64,000 bases of DNA from Blasia pusilla (GCA_050084515.1 CM114271.1:11036001-11100000); one strand, 5' to 3'. Positions 24,660-37,708 are shown, numbered from the stretch's first letter. Notes: generated by a model not told the origin, from the letters alone. Made by a program: numbers and translations.

Positions 24660-26879
24660 TGTAGGACGTATGTAATCTTATCATATCAAGCTCTTGGAGC
24701 TCGTTTCAGCCCGTATAAAGCTTTCTGCAACCTGCACACGCGAAATGGGAAATTTGGATGCTCGTATCCAAGTGGTCATATAAACCTCCTCCTATAGATC
24801 TCCATTCAAGAAGGTATTCTTGACCTCCACGTGATATAATCTGCACTTCTTACTTATTGCAAGTGCAACCAGTGTTCTCGTAGTCGCCATCTTTGCAACA
24901 TGGCTAAATGTTTCCTCATAATCGATGCCATATTGTTGTGCATAGCCTTTAGCCACCAATCTCGCTATATATCTGTTAATTTTACCATCTTGATTGCGCT
25001 TGCTTTTGTAAACTCATTTGCAACCAATAGCTTCCTTGTCATGACCATACAAATTATGTCGTAGAGTATAGTGTGCTAGTAGAGGCCGTACCTTATGTAG
25101 GGCCGTAGTGTCTAGGTAGAGATGCGGTTTCATACATAGGGTTGGGGGTTACTCCATTGAGGGTGACTTTTCTAGTAGGGCCCGCTCTTAGGTTGGAGGA
25201 TATAGTGCAGAGTGCACTCAAAGAACAGTTAGTTCTTTGAGTTGAGCCTGTTGCGTTGGGAGTTAGCCTTGGTAGTGAGTAGAGCTCTTGGCTATGGTGG
25301 TTTCCGCAAGCTTCAACCTGGATTCTCCCATCATGGAGTGGGTTTGGCTCGATTGTATGTGATCTTATACATGTTTTATGATAGAAGGTCTTTCACCGAT
25401 TGCACTCAAAGAACATGAATAGATCGATGGTAGCTTCGATCGTGGATCAAAGGATATAGTTAGGTCTGATTATGTACTCAGTCGTGGATGTTTGTGGCTT
25501 GTGGCCTATGTTGGAGGTGGGAATCTGGTTCGTGGTTGGTTGGAAAAGAAGGGCCTTGTTGAGAGCTTTCTAGCGCCCTTTAGATCACCGGATTTTGTCA
25601 AGGGTGTTGGAAGTTATCAAGGATTGAAGATTCTGGTTCGTGATCGACAGTTTTTTGATGTGGAGAGCTTGGAGCGCGGAAGCTCTGTTGAAGTTCATCC
25701 AGATCGGGTGAGAGGTTCCTGTTGCTACTTGTATTGTGATCTCACGTGAAGCTATCTGCTTGAGTGTGTGGAGCGTTGCGGATTTTTGTGTGCATGAATC
25801 TGGGGGGAAGCGCTGTCAGATTTGCGATTCTGGAGGTGATTGAACAGCAAGTTTGTCTGATTTTTAGCTTGGAGTACAGAGCTCAGTTAAGGCTTCGAGG
25901 TAACTCGTGGTAGCTCGGGGCGAGTGGGCATGAGAGGCGGAGTAAAAGCAAGGAGCAAGCAATCAAGCTTCCTTGCTTGGGCGTGAGGCAATTTTTGCAG
26001 GATTTGTGAGTTGAGTGTTGCATAACTGGTCACCCATCTTTGGGCTATTCTGCTTGGAAGACGCTTAACTGTTGAGTTCTTAACTATGCCAGTAAACACA
26101 CAGGTGTAGCTCATTTGGTGATGTTCGGAGATGTGTTAGGCGCTTTATGCATCTCCGGTTTTTTGTTGATGGACCTCTAGCGCATAATACGCTGTAGCCT
26201 CTTCATGCAGGTGATATTTTTCAGGTGCTGCGAGTGCGACTAGCATGTCATCGACCTCCGGCGGAGTAGCTATTGCATTAGAATTGTGTGGTGGGTTATG
26301 TGGATTTAGGGGGTGCCACGTTTGGTGGATTGTGTTACCTTGATTTCCATTTGCAATTGAAGGATTGACGTTGGACTTCTAGTCCAATGACAACCCTCCA
26401 ATCGTTGCTTCTTTCTTGCGCGCCCATTGTTAGGGTTGACGCTGATTTCCAGAGTAGTTTTACTCTTGTGTGCTACCAGTAGTGAGGCTGGAGTGATGAC
26501 CAGTAGACCGTAGGAGGCTTCCTGTGGTGATGAGAGATTAGGTTGCCTACATCCATAGCTAGCAGAGCTAGAATAGTACAGCGACATCGACGTCACTTGG
26601 TTACTTAGTGGTGGTGATTTGGTGGTGGTGCGGCATCGGCGTTGGTCATCACGGAGCCGACTCGTGGTCTTGTTGGGGACCGTGGTGCGGACAGTGGTGG
26701 TTTTACATGGAGTGGATTGAGGTATCGGCTACCTTTTCCACTTACGACGGTTGATGAAGAGGAGGACGATGGTGTTCCAAACATAGAGTCTTCTACCTTG
26801 TTATCAAGTGTTGCAGCTCCATTCATTTGGGACATGGACGGGATATATGGGGCCATGAAGGGCCCATGATGATACTCGG

Positions 26880-27600
26880 GTGCAGTGGGCACCATTGAGT
26901 GGAGGACTTCATTCAGGAGTTTGATACGTGGTGTGATATGCAGATGTTGCAGAACGCCACGTTGTTTACATCCTTCTTCACTTGGAAGGGGTTGTTTGAG
27001 CATTTGGAGGGACCATCCATGGACGAACACCGTGAGTTTAGGAAGGACCATGTTGTTGAGATTGAGGCGTGGAGACAATATTGGTCTCCGTCCTATGTGT
27101 CTATCATCCATGGTGGTATTGGTAGTAGTGCTCCTACTATGCCCGGACCTGAGCGTTGAGTGAATGCAGTATGAACCGGAGTGGGGGTACCAGTGGAGGT
27201 ACCCATGGAGGTACCAGAGGTAGTACTAGTGGAGGTACTAGTGCCCCACCATCGTTTAGCCCGGTTGCAGAGTTCTTCAAGAGGTCGAAGAAGAACTATC
27301 AGGGAGTGTGAAGATAGAGAAGTTGAGGAGTCTTCAGGAATTTGAGCAAAAGATTGGTGAGAGTCGTTGTGAGGCATACACTCATATGCGACGCTTGATT
27401 TCAGTTACCCAAGATGTGACTGAGGCTCAGGAAGTCCACTTTTGATATAGGATCTTGGACAGAGAGTTACGTGATGCTTCTCTTATGAGTGATGATTCAC
27501 CCACATTAACCCATGTGTTTGCTCTATGTGAGAAGATTGAACTTAACAGGGTGGAGGAGAGAGTGGTGATATCCGCATTCATTAGGGATACAACTACTAC
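26880..27600 (+). pseudogene. gag of the PHD gypsy element (frameshifted)
   Basis: EDFIQEFDTWCDMQ...LFEHLEGP, homologous to gag pieces at 1920-2225, 16115-16378 and 57645-58007. Confidence 0.75.
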
Positions 27601-28137
27601 TTCTCGTGTTCAGTAGTCCACATGACAGTCTCATAGTAATGGTGGTGGTAGTAGTAGTGGGAGTCGTGGGGGGTACACACGACCTCAATCAGGCCCTAGA
27701 GGGACACTTGCGCAGAGACCATTGCCTTCATTTTCTACCCCGCAGCAAGGACAGTCATGTTGGACCTGAATTGTTTTACCTGGATTTTGAGTCTTGGTAT
27801 GGCCGAGCAGCATCAACATTGGACTATGTCTGTGGGTCTTCCATCCCTTGTGATGAGCTCGATGGCTACCGGGACGGTAGAGGCATCGGGTGGGGGCGAG
27901 GAGAGTAGTATTTTGCATCCTTGGAGTAAATGGGATGTAATAGTTGGGCATGTGGAGTTGGTTGCTCATGCTGATGGAGGAGTTATTTGCTCAGATGATG
28001 GTGTAGCTAAGGGTGTACCATCTTGTGAGGGGGTTGCGTAGCAGCCAATGGCGTCGTCCTCTCCCTCAAGTGTGCGAGTGGAGGAAATTTGGGAGCCATT
28101 ACTTGGGCCCCAACTTACAGAAGGTGAGAAATGACGC

Positions 28138-31100
28138 TTGACACAGTTCCTATGTGCTTATAGGAGTTGTTTTGCCTTTAGCATGAAGGAGTTGGGTGCT
28201 TTGGTAGAACACGGTATACGGATTGATTTGGCTTGTGATATGCCAATCTTTCGTCATCCCTACCGATATAGTGATATGGAGAGGGACCTGATTCAGAGTA
28301 GGACATTGGACCTTTTGGAGGCTGGATTAGTGGAGTTGTCGCATGGAGAGTATGCATCAGCCACTATCATGCCTGCTAAAAAGGATGTGCATGGCAACTA
28401 CACGGATAGGTGGACGTGTGGAGATTACCGTCCTATCAATCGGTAGACCAAGGCGGATAGTTATGCCATGCCTACACCTAAGGAGATCTTTGATGTGGTG
28501 GGACATGCAAAGATTTTTAGTAGTTTGGATCTTCGGGCAGGATTCCATCAGTTGCCGATTCGAGAGAGTGACAAGGCCAAGACAACATTTTGGGGTGTCA
28601 ACTCTCATGGCAAGGACTGTTTGTACCAGTGGAAATTCTTACCCTTTGGGTTGAAGAATGCACATGCCGAGTTTCAGAGAGTGATGGACAAGATCCTAGC
28701 AGGGTTAGATTTTGTTCGGTGTTACATTGATGATATCTTGGTTTTCAGTAACACAGTGGAGGAGCATCAGATACATTTGCAGATTGTGTTTGAGCGGTTG
28801 AAAGCTCATGGTCTACGTTTGCATCGAGGAAACTATAAGTTCTTCCATGAGGATGTTGAGTACTTGGGTCATGTGATCTATCCAGGTGGTTTGGGAGTTC
28901 AGCAAGCAAAGGTGGAGGCTAGTGCACTTATTCCTCATCCATTAGATGTGAGTAGAGTTCAAGCATTCATGGGATTGGAAAACTACTATCGGAGGTATGT
29001 GAAGGAATTTAGTGCTATGGCAAAGCCTTTGAACCAATTGCTGAAATCACATCAGGAGTGGCACTGGGGAGATGATCACGAGAGAGCTTTTGTGGAGCTT
29101 AAGGCCCAATTGGTGACGGTGCCTATCTTGAGGAGACCTATTAGAGGGCGCCCATTTTAGTTACACACTGATTGGAGTAGGTTGGGACTTGGAGCGGTAT
29201 TGACACAACATGATGATGAGCACATGGAGTTTGTGGTGGCCTATGCAAGTCGTTTGAACAATGCAGCAGAGTCCCACTATAGTTCATATGAGGGAGAGTG
29301 CTTCGCAGTAGTGTGGGCTGTGGCACACTTTAGGTGTTACTTGTTTGGCACACAGTTTATCCTTGTTACTGATAACCAGCCGCTCAAATGGTTGATGGAG
29401 TCTGACAAGCTTACATGGAAGTTTGCACGGTGGGCTCTTATCTTACAGGAGTATGACTTCTAGGTGGTACATAGACCTGGAGTTGCTAACCTTGATGCTG
29501 ATGGGTTGAGTAGGAACCCATGTACTAGCCAAGAGGATGCAACTGGAGCTAGATGGCATGACGAGGTTGATGAGGAGATGGTGCTAGGTTGGCATGCATC
29601 CGCCTTTTTATGTTGGTTAGGGGTGGACTCTAGTATGGAGGACCACATGACATCTTACTCTACTTAGAGGGTAGATGGCCAACCTTCAAATCCTGAGGTT
29701 GGAGATGGTGGTACGGATCAGCGTGCTATTCATGATGATGCGTTGGTGTTGGAGTTCCTACGTACCAGTAGGGTTCCAGGCATAGTGAGTGCCAAGGAGC
29801 GAGACCGTGTTCTTCAATGTGCTAAGAGGTATCGATTGGAGGGAACACATATTCTCCGTGTGTGGGAGGATGGTAGATCACAAGTAGTGCCGCATTTGGC
29901 TCAGAGAGAGCGCATTGTGCGACATGCCCATGAGGAGTTGGGATATTTTGGGGTAAAGCGTACGTATAGCTTACTCCTTGGTCAGTATTGGTGGCGTGGC
30001 ATGCATACTCAGGTGCATCAATTGGTGTCACGTTGTATGGTTTGTGACAGGGTGAGGGCATCATTCAATGCCCCTACACCACAGTGAGAGGAGCGGTAAG
30101 AGGAGACGAAGAGAGGAGAAAGGAGAGAGGAAGATATTGGCAACCCCTAGGCCTCTTTTGATTTGAAGAGAGTTTCCGACACGTTGAAGAGAGTTTCTGA
30201 CAGTTTGGAGAGAGGAAAGTTTTGACAAGTTGAAAAGGCAAAATTTTTCCAACAAAATTTGGTGGTGAAAAAAAAAATTGAAATTGGTTTTTTTCTCTCT
30301 TTTTTTAACCTTTTCAAGCCGTTAGAAATCCGACGGGTTGAAACTTTTTTTGGTTTTTTTTATGGTTAAGGAAAAAAAATAATTTTTGGGGTTTTTTTAA
30401 CGTTTGCAACCCGTCGGAGTCTGACAGGTCACCATGATGCCTAGAAAGCAACCCGTCGGACTCCGTCGGGTTGCAAATATTTTAAAAAACCCCAAAAAAT
30501 GAAAAATTTTCCTTAACCCCAAAAAAAAAAACCAAAAAATTGCAACCCGTTGGATCCTGACGGGCTGCACTAAGTTTCCTCTCTTCAAAAAAAATCTCCA
30601 AAAAATTTACTCACTTATTATCCATAATCTTCATATTTTTTGAAGAGAGTTTCAGTTTTTGTTTCCCTTTTGTGCCTTTTTTGAAGAGAGACTCTCCTCT
30701 CTTCTGCCTGAATACCAGCCCCCACCACATTGACACCCCTTGCCTATTATGGGGTTGGATTACCGTTGGAGTGTGGATTTTGCGGGACCGTTACCGTTGA
30801 GTGTACGACATCATCGATATATGTTGGTGATGGTGGAGCACTTCTCCAAGTGGATTGAGTTGGTGCCATTACCTGACAAGGCAAGTGAGGGAACGACGTA
30901 TGCGTTTCTTCAAAGAGTGCTTAGTCAGTTTGGTGCACCAGCTGAATTGCTGACCGACAGACAGTCTGAGTTTCAGTGGTGAGTTTTGGTCTTGTGTGAC
31001 AAGGCGTTGATTGATCATCGGACCACGTCTCGAGATCATCCAGAGGCGGATGGTTTGGCTGAGCGTGTGATTGAGACGGTGAAGAGGGCATTACGCAAGT

Positions 31101-31821
31101 ATGGCCTACACAAAGGGCATCTTGGAGACTGGGATATTCAGTAGCCATGGTTAGCCATGGGGTATAGGTTCAGTCGCAAAGCATCCTTGGCTTCCTTCTC
31201 ACCTTATTTTCTATTATACGGCCAAGATCCAGACTTGCCAGCATCAATTCTTCGGGAGTCTAGTGAGGTGGTGAACCTTGATGATCCAGAGATGTGGATG
31301 AGAGTGTGTTCTCAGCGGGCAGAGCTCTTTCGGAGAGTTATGCCAACAGCCTTTGAGAATCTTGCCATTACTCAACACAGGGATATGTTGCGGTATGCAA
31401 CCATTCGGGGTGGAGGTTATCGACCATCGATTCGTAGGTTCCATGCGGGGGACTATGTCTATTTGCAGCAAATTGCCCAACAACGTTGGATGTGACGGCA
31501 AGCGACATTATTTTACGAGTGCGCGAGGTGTTAGCTTTTGGAGTTCTCATGTTGGAGGGTCGTGATGGAGTTGTTTGGAAGGACCATGTGCGTAATTGTG
31601 CGCCATGTCGTCTTCCAAATATGGATGTTACTGTTGACCCAAGCTTAGCCATGATACGTGCTAGCTTGAGGTGTATATTGTGTGGGTTTGCTGATAACGC
31701 AACCCGTATGTTGGTGTGTGATCAATGTTTTAGGGGTTGGCACATGATATGTTTGACTCCACGTATCTATGTTGTTCCTACTGGAAGGTGGGTTTGTCCT
31801 CGATGTACTTCGGAGAGGTAG
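28138..31821 (+). pseudogene. pol: reverse transcriptase, RNase H, integrase, C-terminal PHD finger
   Basis: CGDYRPIN, LDLRAGFHQ, LPFGLKNA and YIDD; RNase H SSYEGEC...LVTDNQPLKW; integrase H..H/C..C region then SVDFAGP, MVEHFSKW, LTD and GLAER; PHD CILC...CDQC...H..C...W.CPRC at about 31672-31806. Confidence 0.95.
30087..30723. mobile_element. Short non-autonomous DNA element inserted in the integrase gene
   Basis: It splits FNAPTPQ/HPLPIMGL. Flanks ACCACAGTG/ACCACATTG (about 9-11 bp duplication, one mismatch). The right end is the reverse complement of the terminus at 59523-59590, and it carries CAACCCGTCGGACTCCG palindromic motifs. Confidence 0.8.
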
Positions 31822-32659
31822 ATGACTTGATCTTTGCATGATATGGTTTACAGATGTGCGACTAACGATGGGGCAACCTAGCACCCGGCCTTCTGATTCG
31901 TGCACCCACAAAGGTGTATAGCATGTAGTAGATGTATAGGGCTACCTGGAAGTTAGAGGGACCTAACCGCCAATTAGGGGGGCCAGTTGTGATACACTTG
32001 TGTTTGTGGATGCTCTCGTCTATGTTATGCATGTAGGTGAGTATGGTATGTCAGCGATGTATGTTGTATGACGATGTGGATTCGCACGACAGCTGTCATG
32101 ACCATGCAGATTATGTCGTAGAGTATAGTGTGCTAGTAGAGGCCGTACCTTATGTAGGGCCGTAGTATGTAGGTAGAGATGCGGTTTCATAAATAGGGTT
32201 GGGGGTTATTCCATTGAGTGTGACTTTTCCAGTAGGGCCCGCTCTTAGGTTGGAGGATATAGTCTGGAGTGCACTCAAAGAACAGTTAGTTCTTTGAGTT
32301 GAGCCTGTTGCGTTGGGAGTTAGCCTTGGTAGTGAGTAGAGCTCTTGGCTATGGTAATTTCCGCAAGCTTTGACGTGGATTCTCCCATCTTGGAGTGGGT
32401 TTGGCTCGATTGTGTTTGATTCTATACGTGTTTTATGAGAGTAGGTCTTTCATGGATTTCAGTTGTGGTACACTTGTGTTTGTGGATGCTCTCGTCTATA
32501 TTATGCATTTAGATGAGTATGGTATGTCAGCGATGTATGTTGTATGATGATGTGGATTCGCACGACATCCTTATCGGAAGGTATTTCAACCAACTCCCAT
32601 GTATGTTGATGTCTTAATGCAGCAAGCTCTTCCTCCACAGCTTCAATCAATAAGAGAGA

Positions 32660-34240
32660 GAACCACTCACTTAGAAGAGGAAGGTTATAACCTGATTAGG
32701 ATTTTTGACTTTTCAACCCACTCTGATAACTCTGAAAACTGTGAAATTGGTGAATTTGAGTGTTGGGACCTTGTGGATAAGGATCCTTATGTTGAATTTC
32801 CAATTGATGATGAACGGGAACGAAAGATAAGGCAAAACAAAAGATTTGCAACCCGCATACTTCGTGACATTCCTGCAAAGTAAGGAGTTTTCCCTCTTGA
32901 GTAATGAATATGTGGGCTTATGAGAGGTTTGTTTAAGCATATTGATGGATTCTATGTATTTCATGCTCTTACATGGTTTGTAGAAATGGATGCTTGCATT
33001 ATTTCTCAAGTATGATTGATAGTAAAATGATTGTTTGGAAAGGCTAAGAGCAACAAAGCCACCCAGGAAAATCCAATCTTCTAGAGCAGTAGTGCCAAAG
33101 GTTGTGCAATTGCGATGAAGTTCAAGGTTGACATCAAAACACAATAATCCTTTAACGCTTGAAATCATACAGGATAATAGAGTGACTGGTCCAAATTATA
33201 TGCCATTTGAAACTATGGATTATCATATTGGTGATGAGCAACCAGATCAGAAACCGGATCGTGGGCCTACAAACCACCCTAAGTAGATTGAGAGGGTAAC
33301 TACATCTTTTCTAAACCAGCATTATCATGATTCCTTGTGGGCTGGTCGTGATTCAAAGTAGGATGATTCATTGCATCCATGTTTTCATCCTGGTTTCAAC
33401 CACACTAACTCTTAAATATATTTTATAGGCCCAAGTAATTGGAGGAAAAGAGCAAATGGATATACCAAGGGAGACAATAAATGGGATGGAAATATGCAAC
33501 ATGCCCTAATCCCACATGGACACAAAGTGAGAGTCAGTATTGGAGTACTCAGAAGGGCCCAAGGTGGTACGGTTCCAAACATGATTCATCAATGGTGAAT
33601 CGTGGACATGTTGGCTCTTACAATGTGATGCAAGCCCCTCCCCCTCCACCACAATGAAGAGCACAAACTCATGTTCCTCAAATGACCACCCAACAACCAT
33701 GGGTTGGTGGAATGCCTTGGTCACAACCAAGACCAGTAGATCATCAATGGATGTGGAATACCCAATCTGGTTTACAAACAAGCACTCAAGAATGTTGGCC
33801 TCCTCGTACACAATCTTCCTAACCAATGGGAAGCCAAGAACAATGGGATGCCCCCCTTCATGGGCAACCATGGGCAAGGCAAAGTGTAAAATCTGGTACC
33901 TTGGACAATTCTTGCATTGAATATTTTGATTATAGGTTTCCAGATATCATCGAATTAATACGGGTGCTTGAGTGGAATGAGTACACTCATAGTTGAGCTA
34001 GTATAACTTATAGCAATGGATTTCCGTGTATAAATATATAAGTGAGTTCTGATTTATGGTTTCTTTCTTATAATAGGACGGAGGACCATGCCCACCCCCT
34101 TCATATCCAGCAGTTGGAGAAGGTTCTGACTCAACATTTTCTGATGGGTCATCGGGATTTGTTGGGACAAGTGTACATTTGTAGCAAAGTGACCCTCAGT
34201 CTTTCATGGCCCCTAGTCTCTCCAAATCCATAATCAATAG
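32660..34240 (+). pseudogene. Possible decayed multi-exon gene fragment of unknown function
   Basis: Short coding-like blocks bounded by AG/GT next to AT-rich tracts (for example GTAAGG at 32880; TTTTATAG at 33421-33428; ATAG near 33936 and 34076). No recognised domain. Confidence 0.3.
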
Positions 34241-34538
34241 TTGGATATATAATGTCTACATATAGTCACTTCATATGGATGGCATAAGTGCCAATTCAGC
34301 GTGGTTAGGATGTTATAATGTGAGACGCTAGTAATTGTCTTGTCATGGTGGTTGCAAAAAGATTTATTTGTTGCTCTTCTCTTTTCATGTGATAGGGCGA
34401 GTGCACGGAGAAGTAGAACCAAGAGAGACTTATTGAATCGAGACGTTCCTTAACGCAAGGAGCAAAACCTTCTCCCTATATGCTAATTGATGCCTAATGG
34501 TGTCCCTAAGACGAAGGTGTCTGGTTATGAACTATGGT

Positions 34539-36880
34539 TGAAGGGAAGCTTAATCTTGGTAGTCAGTTAAGCGCGATTATCTTAACTAGGGTTAGTTAAT
34601 CACAGTAAGTCTAACTCGAGACTATGGTTAAGGTTGGGATTAGGGTTTCTTGTACGTATCCTATATAATTGAGAAGGGGACCATCCTCCACCCGTTCTCT
34701 CATTGCCCATTTCGTTCTCCATGGTGGTGTATGAGTAAAGTTGTTTCCCACCAGTTATGCTTCTTTAGCAGTTTTCCACATGGTATCAGAGCGATAGGAA
34801 AACATTACTTGAAATTCTTGATGTTCGAGGAGAGAAGAAAGGCAAGAGAAGGCACAATTTCAATTTGGAAGAAGAAAATATTATTTCGAGCTTAAAGGGT
34901 GCAGATTTCAGGTGGAGCTTTGACACTAATAAAACTTTGGAGGCATTTTAAAAGGCTTTCGCGGGCGATTTAGCCATCTGGGTCCGAAATGACTAGAAGG
35001 ATTCCAAAGGCTTATTTGGCTTGTTCTAGCCCTCTTGTAGAAATCATCAAGAGCTTTCCAACGCACCTAAAATCGCTTGATTCTGACATTATGAGCTTGT
35101 AGATGTTGAAACTCCTTCGGAGGAGAGGATTCTGATATTCTGAGCTTATACCAAGAATAACAACATTCACAAACGGAGCATCTCTTGGTTATGACTCATC
35201 ATTTGAGAGAAATGGTCAAGAAAGACTCGACAACAGATTGGTACATTGAATCTGGTGCATCAAATCACATGACCTCACAAGCTAAACGGTTCAGTAGTTT
35301 GGAGCCAGTGAAAGATCCTGCAATTGTGCTGAAAAGATATCACACTCAACATCATATCCCGCATATCTGTAAATTTCCAATAGCATCTAATGGTCTTTTT
35401 GCTCTTGGAAATATTCTCTATGTTCCTACCATTGCAAGAAACTTGATCTCTGTAGGACAGCTAGTAGAACAGGGTTATCAAGTGAAGTTTAACGCAGATG
35501 GTTGTTTCATTGAAACAATAGATGACCACACTATGATAGCCAAAGGAACTAGATATGGTAGAATGTTCAAATTAGATGTTTCTGTGCCAGAGATTCAAAC
35601 AACAATCTATGGTCAAACCGGCCAACAAGTCAAAGATCTAAATGTATGACATAAAAGAATTAGACATATGAATCTTCAAAGATTACAAAGTCTTCCATCA
35701 TCTTATATAGTAATAGGACTTCCTAAATTAGCGAGTCCTGCTAGAGGTATATCATGCTTGCCAATTTGGTAAACAAGCTAGATTTCCTTTTCCAAAGCAA
35801 GGTAGAAGAGCATCCAGGATATTGGAGTTGATCCACAGTGATGTATGAACGGCATCACAACATAGCCTTAGTGGTTGCCAATACTTTATTTCATTTATGA
35901 ATGACTTCTCTAGGTATATATGGGTATACTTTCTGAAAGCCAAGTCTGAGGTATTCTCAATATTCCAACCATTTAGAATTCTAGTAGAGAAGCAAACTAG
36001 ATAACACATTCTGAAATTTCGTTGTGACAAAGGAGGAGAGTATCTTTCAACAGAGTTTGATGACTATTTACGTAAGAATAGCATCCAATGTCAAGTGACT
36101 TGTCGTTGCACTCCACAACAAAATGGAGTGGTTGAGAGGAAGAATCGACATATTTATGAAGCAACACGAGCTATGCTGAATGAGAAGAACATGCCTAAGA
36201 TGTATGGGAAGAGACTGTAGCATGTGTAGTCTTCTTAATCAACCAAACTCCAACAGCAAGAGTTCATGATAAAACCTTATTCAAAGTCTTCATAGGAAGT
36301 ACACGTGATTTCTCCTTCTTGAAAGTATTTGGCTGTATTTGTTATGCCCATTTTCCTTTTGAGAGACGTCATAAATTAGACCCCAAGTCTGAAAGAAGTA
36401 TCTTCATTGGCTATGCTGATGGAATTAAGGGGTATAAGTGCTATATTCCATCCTGTAGGCAACTTATTATTAGTCGCGATGTTGTCTTTAATGAGCGAAA
36501 GTCATGGTATGCTCCATCAGAGCCTATTCCATCTCTAAACTCGTATGTTGAGGGAAAGAATATGACTGTAAACCAACAGACATTGTCTTCAACTTCCCCA
36601 AGTACTAGTGCAGGCTTTGGAGAGATCCTCAATTCATTAGTTAAATCTGTGAGTCCATGGACGAGAAGAGTACGTATTCAATCTGTTGACACTAGTTAGA
36701 GCTTGAGTCAGGTGTCTGAGGCAACTTCCTCTGATGAACAACTTCGTGGATCAAGTAGAGTTACACATCCAGTTCATAGATTCATAAATGAAGGTTTTTT
36801 TTTACACATCATGCATATATGATGACTATCCTTCAAGAACACGAGACGAGTTGTTTTGAAGAAGCTGGAAGTAAAGTCGC
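34539..36880 (+). mobile_element. Second, internally deleted copia copy (LTR, PBS, PR, INT)
   Basis: LTR 34539-34778 and PBS TGGTATCAGAGC at 34781-34792. ORFs 35185-35649 and 36319-36699 parallel 20553-20957 and 21750-22150. gag is missing. Confidence 0.92.
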
Positions 36881-37708
36881 TGTGATCAAGGTCATCCTTG
36901 GAGGTACTTGTATGTGGAATAGCTACTAGGATAATTTCTCTTTGTACACTTGAACAACTATTTTGGTTTATAATCATCATTGACTCACAGCCTTCCATAG
37001 TTTTCCCCATACTACCATGAGTGTTTTCCATAATGTGCTATGAAGTTTCTCACAACTTCTTAGAGGTACAAGAGAGTCTACACTCCTATCTTGAACCAAA
37101 AATGCAGATATGATACTCTCATCATTCTCTCCACTCATTTTCTTGGCTAATTCAAGCTCCCTGTCAACCCTCTCTCAACCTCTTCTCCATTCGCATCTCC
37201 AACTCCATGGAGCTCCTCAGAATTAATGCACACATTGGGATTCATTATATCCACATGACATGCACTCTCCTCTACTGCGCTTGGATAGGGTTCCCAACTC
37301 TCATCATGTATATCATCAGGTAGGTACATGCGACAAACATGTATCTCACTCTTGCTTTTCTGACGTCTCCATTTCACCAACCAAACCTGATGGTTCTTCC
37401 CATGAGGAAGTTCCCCTTTGCTATCACACAAGCCTTCAAAAGCAAGAATGGCCTCAAGGTTTGATCGAGCCTCCCCTTGACCACCTAATGTGCTATCGAG
37501 GATGGCTTGGAATGCCATTCAAAATGTTTCTGCTTGAAAATATTTGTCAAGAAGCTCAATTAGGGCTCAGTACAAGGTAGATACTCAGATGCAAAAATTT
37601 GATACTCTAAATAGTCCAGACTTGATATACCATAGCTTATACTTCAAACTCACTACTTAAAGCAAGATATATAGGCCAACTTACAATATGTTATACATTA
37701 CACCGTAA

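Larger units (their letters stand above)
25037..32567 (+). mobile_element. Ty3/gypsy element with both ends present, split terminal repeats (A...B-A-B) and PHD-finger integrase
   Basis: Termini TGTCATG...CACGACA with 4-bp TSD TCCT. A1 25037-25404 and A2 32094-32461 (368 bp each); B1 31988-32091 and B2 32464-32567 (104 bp each). G-rich PPT at about 31975-31982. Confidence 0.92.
24660..32650 (-). mobile_element. Inverted copia RT fragment (24660-25036 and 32568-32650) split by the gypsy insertion
   Basis: Reverse complement of about 23320-23780. The two pieces join exactly across the TCCT duplication. Confidence 0.88.

Noticed and set aside
25037-32567. Classification as a DIRS/Ngaro tyrosine-recombinase element because of the split repeats
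   Set aside because: No tyrosine recombinase is seen. It has a DDE integrase, TG...CA ends, a PPT and a TSD.
32713-33168. F-box-associated-like ISSVKGLLCF motif on the minus strand
   Set aside because: The match is too short, there is no supporting F-box or CNP motif, and splice signals favour the opposite strand.
36881-37690. Possible additional LTR starting TGTGATC
   Set aside because: No second copy, TSD, PBS or clear end could be identified.
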